DNA of 64,000 nucleotides from the human T2T-CHM13v2.0 reference genome, Homo sapiens, in the NCBI RefSeq assembly GCF_009914755.1, contig NC_060926.1; one strand, 5' to 3'. Below the pieces are notes generated by a model, which saw only the letters and a list, made by a program, of their open reading frames with translations, was not told the DNA's origin and made no database searches. The translations under genes were made by a program, and so were the position numbers. Of this stretch, positions 53,896-64,000 are shown piece by piece (the first letter of the stretch is position 1; each line of letters starts with the position of its first letter).

Positions 53896-56800
53896 TGAAA
53901 GTATATTTGTTAATTTAACTGTATTAGTTAATTTTCAAATGGTCTCCATTTTTCTCTTGATCTACTAGAGGCATCAATAACAGAACAGTGTTAGTCCTCT
54001 ATAAAAAACTGTTTCTGTACATTTTTAACATTATGTATTTGATTCCATTTTCTTAGCCTATAAAGATTTGTGGTGACCTTTTCACTACTTTATTTGAAAG
54101 TATACTTTTTCTGTATAAATGGCTTTTTGTAATTGGATTGCTTTTCCTGCAATATGCTTTTGGTTTAAATTAATATTTTCATCTCTACAATTGAACAAAT
54201 GGACAACTTTTTCTGGGTAAAAATAAAAGATATCTGAAGAGACTGGAAAGATCAAAGTCCATCATGATACATTTAGAGCAGAGTAACTGCCCTTGTTCTC
54301 TTCTGAAGGGAACATCTTTGCCTAAAGAATTTTCTGCTGACATGCAGTTGATAACATGCAACATTAGCATGAAAAGTTGTGAGAAGGAAGGATTTGCTCT
54401 TGACTAGTTAAGAAATAGGCTTAACAATTCACAAATTTCTTATGAGATTAGACTTTAATACCTAATAGTCACCTTTGTCAAGGAAAATATATTTGACACT
54501 GTGGGAAATAATTGCAATTTATGGAAATGTTTTGAACCAAGGAAAGAAAAATAAAAAAGATTGCTAATCAGAGAATGGTTAATATGAAGTTGACTCACTG
54601 TACTGGAGGGAAGAGGGATCTTGACCAGCTCATCCTCTGGTCTTTCTCTCAGACAAGACTTTGTTTGGCTCCCTAAAGTCATACTTCATCATCACAATTA
54701 AAATTCTTTTTACATAACACTTTAAAAGAGAGACTGCAGTTCATCCCACAGATACCTTTTCACAACTATCATTTTTAGATATCTAACTACATTTACGAAT
54801 CCTTGCTTAATGCTTTTTTATTTGTTCCTATCTTCTTTTTCCAGTCACAGATGGTAGAGGACAGGACTGTCTTGAGTTTAGTTTGCTGTGTAGTAGGCTT
54901 AGCACAGAAACATGCTGTAAAGTCTATCATGATGTGTTGCTGTCTCCTTTTACAAATATTATCCTTCCATAACTCTTCTCACTTTTCCTCCCAAAATGAG
55001 CAGAATAATTGATGGTAGTCCAAGTGTTAGGTAAAAAGGTAACCTATAAAGGACAGAGAAGTTTTCACTTTTCCTTTAAATCTTCAATCCTGAGCCAAAA
55101 TTATTTAAAAACTGTATTTGACAAGGCCATAATATAAATATAGTTTGAAATATTTTCATAAAATTTGCAATTGCATAGTTAATTGGGCGAGAGGGAGTAG
55201 CAGACAGTTAGGTTAGATGTAAGTTGCTGTATCATCTCATCAAAGAAATCTAAGTAGCCTCTTTGTCTCAATCTATCCATTAATTTTCAAATACATTTCA
55301 ACCACTTCAGAATCTACTGATTACTGAATGAGCTATTATCTATGTAGTCTGATTTTGGTGGGGGTGGGGAGGGCGCTTAAAAGGAAAATTGTCTTGAACA
55401 TGCAGTACCTGGTAGAGGTTTGAATAAAACAAGGCCAAAATATACTGGCTCTATCTCAGGACATCCAGGATCCCTGAATAGTCTGTAATTAAGGAGGAGT
55501 TGGAGGAGTGGTGCTTGCATTATGTAAAGGAGGGATACATAATTGAATTAAGCAGTGGAGGAAGGGGAAGAAAACAAAGATCAAAGCCAAGTAACATCAG
55601 TTCCTGTTCTTGGCAATGACATTTATGATGAAAAAATTTCTTTTGTTATTTTGCATATTATACCACTCTTCTTCAAATGAATACACTACTGCAAAATTTG
55701 TAATTTACACAAAGTTCTTTTGAATATTTGAATGTTAAAGGAAAGCTTTACCAGGTTTAGCTTTAGGAGGTCTAGAAATCTCTCCTAATACTTCCTGTGT
55801 GGGCCTTTATGTTGGAACATGAAAGCAGCTGACAATGTAAAGAGAAAGAAAACCCTTAAGATTGAACATAGTTACTGGTGTCCCACACATAAACCGTGCA
55901 GTTGGGAGTAGCCTCTGGGGGCCATTTCCAGGGAAAGCCTCACCTGGAGAGGTCAGAACCTCAGGATTTTAAAAGCAAGGGGCATGCTTCATTACAATGT
56001 GGGCTGGAGGTGAGCAAACATCCCATCACTCTGTAGAGAGGCTGTTTCAAGGCTCACCCAAGTGTTCAGACATAAATACACAAGCAGGAGGCCCTTTAGA
56101 AAGAGTTCAGACAAGTTATATACTACCTGAATGTGAGCCAGGCCAAACTGCTCGGGCCTGAATTAAAAGGAAACAGTTTATAGGCTGTAGGGCCACTTAC
56201 CAATCCATCTTTTTCACTGGGGAGAAAAAAAATCCCTTTTGCAGAGGTGATGAAAACCTGTATTAAAAGGTGACACAGAAAGAAAAAAAAGGGCTAAGCC
56301 AATTGGTTAAGTATTTCAAAAAATGAGAAAAAAAAAACAACAACAACATGATTTTTAAACTATTTAAGTGGAAAGGGCAAAAAGGGAAGAATAATTATGG
56401 TACATTCTATGATTAGTAGTTCCAGGCCAAATAATAATGACAGCAAAGAACACTTAGAAAAATTTAAGAATTATGTTATTTTTAAGTAGACATCTGTTTT
56501 TATGATAGCTACATATATGAATATGTTGATGAACCCTTTACAATAGCGTGAGATGTGAGGTTTGTAAAATTCAAACGCAGCCAATTAAGTAGGCCCATAG
56601 CTAAAGCCAATGCTCTTGAAAAGTCTAGAAAGGAGAAGTCTAGCCAAAGCACAATTTATGAATTGGTAATTGCTCTGTTCTATTATGGATATTAGTCTGT
56701 AAATGACCTTTGACATACTTCAGGCTCTCTTATGCACACAAGCCCATGGGCACTTGCAGATACATGCACACCTCAATGTAGATCATAAATGTTTATTACC

Positions 56801-56943
56801 ATTGCCCATTATAGATTGAAAATAGAATGCACAATAATACACATAGAGTATCATATTAGTGGTCTTTGAAAAGTGCCCATAAAGGACATATCTTATTCTT
56901 TTGCATTAATGTAAAACATATAAGAGGAATTGCTACATGGTGC

Positions 56944-57330
56944 TGTGACCAGAAGGGATGGAAATGTGTCACCCCGATCCCCCTACAAGATAGGACTTGT
57001 TGACTCAATTGCTGGAAGACAGCCTCCATTAGTCAGCTCCTCCAGGGTTTCCAAAGTTTTATGTGAGCTGCGTGTTCCAAGACATGTTCTTGCCCCACCC
57101 TACTCCTTGCCCTGATACAATGATTGATTGAGGCGGATGTAAATATCCATCATATTCTGCCTAAGGCAGGAGAACTCTGAAGGGCTCTATATGCACCTGA
57201 GCTTTTGGCCAAGGTTTTATTAGACCTCCATGGGTGTTCAATTTCTCCCTCTGACCAATGCTACCTCTTATTCTGATGTACTTGACTTATCAAAATCATT
57301 CTTAGTGCCTTCTTCCAAGAAACCTGGAAT
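56944..57330 (+). mobile_element. LTR16A/B-like ERVL solo LTR
   Basis: GATCCCCCTACAAG...GACAGCCTCCA...CAATGATTGATTGAGGCGG...TTCTGCCTAAGGCAGGAGAACTCTGAAGGGC...TTCTCCCTCTGACCAAT. Confidence 0.6.
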
Positions 57331-58084
57331 ATGGTCCTGGAAATAAGACCATATTAAAAGGATTTCAGTAAGTATTTTGTGCATCAAATTTATTTTATAA
57401 GTTGGGCAATGAAATTACAAAAGGAAGACAACCTGCTTAGGTTGAATAGTGTGTGACACATTAGGTATCAGGGCTATTTTCTAGTCTTTTGATTACCACT
57501 CACTCTTTTGATTGTGAGACTTATCAGGGACATTCGATGAGAATGCATAACATTGTAAGTTGTATTCAATTAGCAAGTGAAAATCTAGGCTATCAAGTAA
57601 CTATAGTTGCATATTAAAATTATAGACAGGGTAACTAATAAACTAGAACATAGAGGCATATTAAATAACTTGAGTCACCACTGGCTCTATCTTTCTCTAC
57701 ATTTTCAGTAGCATTATGTAGCTAGAAGGGATCTTGGAGAACATGTAGCTCAAGTCTTTCAATGGTACACAAGCAGAACCTGAAAGTGTATGATCTCAGA
57801 GTTAAACATGAAAAGTAGACAAGATACTTTGATAAGAAATAGATAAACCCAAAGACAGTCAATGCATTACCTGGTATTTGGGGGGTAGGTATGGAGTTAA
57901 GGACAATACAAGGTATTACCTTCAGGTGGGTTCATCAGTTTTTTAGATAACGATTGAATACACATTTACTTCCCTTAACATGGAAAAAGGGCAGATGAAA
58001 CTACATGACATGTCCTGTTGTTATCTTAGTTTCATGTATTTCAAACCTTTAAATTGAGTCAAATATAATCATTGAGATCATGGA

Positions 58085-58295
58085 TGTTTATTTGGTATCC
58101 AGTATGTGCTAGGAAATGTTCTAGGTGCTGGGAATACGGTGATAAGTAAACTCCTAAAGTCTCTGACCTCATGGAGCTTATATTCTGATAGAAGATACAT
58201 GATAATTAAGTAAGCAAGTAAGTAAATAAATGTAGCTCATATATATTAAAATGTCAAGTATGTTTTAGCAATAAAAATGAAGTAAGGTAAAAGGA
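58085..58295 (-). mobile_element. L2 3' end (resumes at about 59150-59830 after the LTR)
   Basis: TATGTGCTAGGAAATGTTCTAGGTGCTGGGAATACGGTG...CTGACCTCATGGAGCTTATATTCT. Confidence 0.8.
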
Positions 58296-58298
58296 TAG

Positions 58299-59135
<837 letters not shown>

Positions 59136-59149
59136 TTAACCATTACAGA

Positions 59150-59830
59150 CATTGACATGGCAGAATATTCTAGGTGGGATTGTTAAAAGTTATACTCTGG
59201 AAGATTAAATTTGGGTAGAAAGGTGGTTGAGGAAAGAAAGTGAGCCATGCAAATATCTGGAATACAAGTATTCCAAACAGAAAGTAAAAGCCCTGATATA
59301 GGAAGGGTTTTGGGGTGTAGAGGAATTTGAAGGCAAGGGTTGTTGGAGTGCAGTGAGTGAGTTGAAGTATGATAGGAAATTAAGTCAGAGTGGTTGTCAG
59401 AATCTCATGACTTAGAAGCCATGATAAGGATTTCAAATTTTATTCTAAGTATAATGGGAAGGCATTGGAAGGTTGAGGGTAGGAACATGATATAATGTAT
59501 CTTTTAGAAAGATCACAGACAACTGTGTGGAGGCCAAATTATAGAGAGTAAAAATATCATAGAAGCAAGTAGTATGAGGAGTACTGAGAGACTATTGCAG
59601 TAGCACAGAAAAATGATGGTACTGGCTTTGCTTATGGTGATAGCCACGGAGATGATAAGTTGTTGAATTTTAAATATGTTTTGATTAGGAACTGACAGTT
59701 TTGCTGTTGATTTGGATTTGGGGTGTGAGAGAAGGAGAGCAGTCAACGATGACTCTCAGGTTGTTTTTTTTTTTTCTGAGCAACTGAGTAGATGATTGTT
59801 CATTTACTTAGATGGTGGCCACTATGGGAA
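59150..59830 (-). mobile_element. L2 fragment
   Basis: GTGAGCCATGCAAATATCTGG...GCCATGATAAGGATTTC...TTTATTCTAAGT...GGCATTGGAAGG...TTTGCTGTTGATTTGGATTTGGGGTGTGAGAG...CTGAGCAACTG. Confidence 0.8.
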
Positions 59831-62800
59831 GAAATCAATTGGTGCCATAAGTAAGCATTGAACTATTGCCAATGGTTCATCTGTGGCATGATTATGTTTT
59901 CAGATCTCTCCTGATCCAGTTATGGCTCTACTTTTGCTTATTAGTGCTCCACCATTTAGTTGGGGTCAAAACAAGTACAAAACAAGAATCTGACATGCCA
60001 GAGTGCCAAAAGAGAGAGAGAAAAAAGGAGAACTGGAAAGCATAAGATTGTAGGATTGAGAAGCAATGATTATGGTGTTTGTCTTTTTTTTTTTCTGGAA
60101 TAGTTGCAACAAAGCATACGAGATGTTCTGCCCTTCTATAAGGAATGTAGAAAATATAATACAAGGGTTCTTTTAAATTCTATAATGTTCCCCATTTTTA
60201 TTGATATTTTCCTAAAATGAAATAGAAATGAATAATGCAAATAACTTTTCTGATTGCAATTTTCATTTCTATTCCTCAAAATACAGTGCTTCACCCACAG
60301 CTGTATAATATTCATTGGCAAAATAAACAAATATAAGAAAATTTTCTGATTACCCTCTTCTCCTCACAGCATTTCCCTGATGTCTTTGGTAAAGGACTGC
60401 TTTATCTATGGCTTCATGTATGTTTGTGAGAAGGAATGTTGGTTGCAAGTATTTGAAAGTTGTGTGTTTACATTTAAATTTCCTTCGAAATTTCAGTCAC
60501 ACTACTTATGCTAGTTTATCTCAAAAAATACTCATAAGGTCACAGATATTGCCTCAGCTAAGATCCTCTGAGAATTTGAAGCCTCACTGGGTCTCAATGC
60601 CAAGAGAGTAATATTTGAATAGTTGATGTTGACTAATTCTACTACCTACCATACCATCTTTCATCCAACCAGCAACAAATTCCTAAAAAATACATTCTTT
60701 GCCAGTTCTGCCAAGATAAATATGCTTTTGCCTTAGGAAAGTTTTGCCAAAAGCAGGACATGTTGGTGAGAAGCCCTTATCAAAATCATCATCCCATTAT
60801 TATAATCATTATCATCATCACATTATCATTGTCATCATGTCATTATCTTGGGGTGGGAGGCAAGAAAAGCTTGTGATAAGATGATACATTTCTTAGACAC
60901 ACAGAGTATTTCTACTCTGTTTTCCACACGTCTCATAGACTCTGTGCCTTGAGATCTTTTAATATGCATGTTCAGAGACTTGTGGTTATAATAAAGCGAA
61001 ACTTAATTGATGTGCTGCAGTAATATGTAGCTCCAACTAACTCTTATAAAGTGACAGCCCATCTACAGAGAAAAATTCCAATCCTTAATTATTATTAATA
61101 TAGCTATCTACGTGATTTAGCTCTGAAGCCATTTCAATGGGCATTGCATTTTCAATATAGGTCAATTAATTTCGTATTAGTTGCTGTTATTATGTTGCCC
61201 CAATTGACCTATTTCATATTTGCAAGGCTCCACTGTAGAGGAGAAAAAGACAACAGAGCAAACCTTTCCTTTTAAGCTGCTGTAATGTCCCATCTTTCTG
61301 GAATTGCATTCAGAGTAAGGATTTTGCATGAAAGGGTTTCAGGAAGTTACAAAACTCCTTTACATGGCCTGTTGGATCTGTGTACAATTTCTAGCACTAC
61401 CCAGAATAAATACCAGGAGACTGGTGTGGTTTATAGAAGAGTTTATAGAGAAAAAAAATCCACCCACCAGCTCCCAAGCTGAGGATTACAACCAGGTCCC
61501 TGCTGCCAAGTTCTGTGTTTAGGTAAAGCATGAGAAAATCTGCCATTTTTTTTTAAATCACAAAAGGGTTTCTATAGATGGAGCGGTAAGAAGCTGACAG
61601 CTTTTTATGCATAAAAGGCAGCTGTTCCTTCTCAGGTAATATTATTAATAAACCCTAAGGTAATGTTTGCTCTGAAATATGTCTAATTGAAATAATTTAC
61701 TCTGACCCTTGGAGGATTATGAAACTGTTTTCATCATGTTCACACACAGCAAAATAATTATGAGATGCCATATGGAAAAGCCATCATGTGGTAGATGTCT
61801 TTCTGAATCTATATTTTTGAAATGTTTCTCACAGATAAATCATATAGCTAATTTACAAAGTAGAGGTGAGCAGTCCCTTTTCCATGTGGAGATCTGATGT
61901 GAAATGTTTGCAGACCCAGAATATTAACAGGGGCGTTGACATCAGTAATTACTATAGTTACGAGACATTTTTCACAAAGTATTATGAGAGCAATACTTAG
62001 TTATACAGGGAGAAAAAAGCATGGGACTTTTTACATCGTGTATGAAATATGTAGGTACCGACAGTCTCAGAAAACAGTGTGGGCACATTGGTGACTGAGG
62101 TGCTTTTTGCCTGTAGCATAAAATCTGTCTGGAAAGTTCCAGCAATTTCCACTGAGATAGCACATTTGGCAAGATGAGGCTGAGTGTGGTATGTAAGGAC
62201 TTTCGGGAAAACTTGTCAGCTTTCACAGGGAAAGGTCCAAGTGTTTATGGGAACTATGAAGTGGTGTTGGGTGGCTCTCAAAGGGATCTGTGGGGTCACT
62301 GGGGACAGACGTTTGAAAGCTTTTTGATGGAAGCTCTTCTGAACTTATCAAAATGGTTAAAAGTCTGGCAGTGAGTCTCATGAGAGCAGACTTTCTTGTG
62401 AAATTTCTGGTATGGTACTTTCCTGCCGGGGTGAGAACATCTTAGGAGGACAGACTTTCTCATCATATTTTAATTCTTGGGATCTGTGTCCCTGCTAAAC
62501 CCAGGAAATGGAGAATCACAGGAAACGGCATTACTTTTCAACCTCTGGGAAGTTAAGATCAGATTTCTCTAGATTTTCAACTGTTTAAGTAAATCAGCTT
62601 GCCTAACTTCCTGGCCATCCCCCCTCCCACCAACATAAAAAAGGTGGGGCACAAGAAAAAAAGGGAAAGACAAAAAAGAGGATTTTTGAAAAGTGTAATT
62701 TACTTTTCCATAAGTTCCCAGTTTCTACAGACTTCCATCAAACAAGAAAATCAACAAGGTAGTAAATTATAGCTTGTTAACCCTGTTGTACTTAAAACAG

Positions 62801-64000
62801 GGTTAACCCTGCCTGCTTTTTCTTACCGCTCCCTCAGGGGTATCAGAAGCCTCTTTGACCCTTTGTGTTGTCAGTTATGTGAGGGATCTCCAGCTGCCCA
62901 TTATTGGATTTCAGAGAACTTGGTCACAGTTGCAACAAATGAGCATTTTCTTCTTCTAACAGCTCTTTTGAGGCAGACACTGGGATGTGGATCATGAGTC
63001 CGGTCAGTCAGTGTCATCTCACAATTAGCTAATAGTTGGCACATGGAAAGCCTAGTTCCAATCCCCATGGGTCCTTGCGGGAGCCTCCCATTTGTTTACA
63101 GCCTCATTTTACTTCCATTCTCAGCATTCAGTTATCCTTAAACTTTCAAAGAAAAACAAATTTACATAAAAGCTCATGTATGTGTATATGATCTACAAAT
63201 ATTTACAAGGTTACTTTAGAAATGCATGACAGAAATTTTTTCAGTTTTCCAAAATTGCAGTCTACCTTCCAAAACAGAACATGGGATTTAAAAAAGAAAT
63301 AGTGAAATGCAAAACTGGAAACCTGACAAAACTATGAAACTGCTGCTATTTTCTAATATATTTCAGGTCAAATCCTTGTACTTCCCATTTTTAAACAACT
63401 GCCAAATCTTCATTTTTGTATCTACTAGACATCTGTGCTATTGGTTAGCACTATTTCTAGCTATTGTCTGTCCTAAAATAAAGGTAACATATTTTCTGTG
63501 ATTTATAGTCTATCATTATCATAGTGCAGCCTCTGAATGCATGAACTAGAGATTTATTGCACACTCATGTCTTATACCAGACTCATGTAATAGAGGAAAG
63601 GTAAAATGTCTTGGCTTGTTGAGGGCTCCCTTCTTCAAGTAGTTGTCTTTTTGGTGAGGGGTGTGCAGCTTGATTAAACTACGTCACGAAGGTCATTGAC
63701 CAAACGTTGTCTTTAATAGTTTCCCATAACGTGTATTCCTCATAGGGAGCTTTTCTCAGCTCAGGTTATTTCCACCAATGTTCTCAAACCAAAAGAATGG
63801 TCTTTGCAGTAAACCGACAAATTCCCACATTTCATCCTTTATCTCACACGTAAGTGATGACAGCATTTATATTTCTTCTGCTGTCTGGGCCAAGAACAAC
63901 TGGATTAATGAGCCTATCTCTTTTTCATAAGTGCATTATACTCTCTCTTTGACCTTCTAAGCATGGGAATTTTTGATTTTATAAGACTGATTAAAGAGGA

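Overview
AT-rich, CpG-poor primate DNA, probably hominoid or human-like judging by an AluY, an L1PA3/4-type 3' end and a THE1 LTR. It looks intronic or intergenic. I found no credible protein-coding exon, RNA gene, CpG island or prokaryote-type system. The supplied ORFs are short, and many overlap Alu, L1, LTR or microsatellite sequence. Much of the window is interspersed repeat: 9 Alu/FLAM copies, 3 short L1P 3' ends, old L1M relics, many L2/MIR fragments, MaLR/ERVL LTRs (THE1, MLT1, MLT2, LTR16) and DNA-transposon fossils (MER5, MER102, MER53, MER104/Kanga, Charlie). Subfamily calls come from my recall of consensus sequences and need RepeatMasker/Dfam confirmation. The most interesting direct observations are: (1) an apparent 23-bp 3' transduction with its own AATAAA inside the TSDs of an L1PA8-type insertion; (2) two left-arm/right-arm chimeric Alu monomers; (3) an L1 insertion with no target-site duplication inside an MLT2 LTR; (4) several perfect short palindromes and template-switch-like micro-rearrangements; (5) dense transcription-factor motif clusters in repeat-poor stretches. 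I cannot support a claim of a new multi-gene biological system here.
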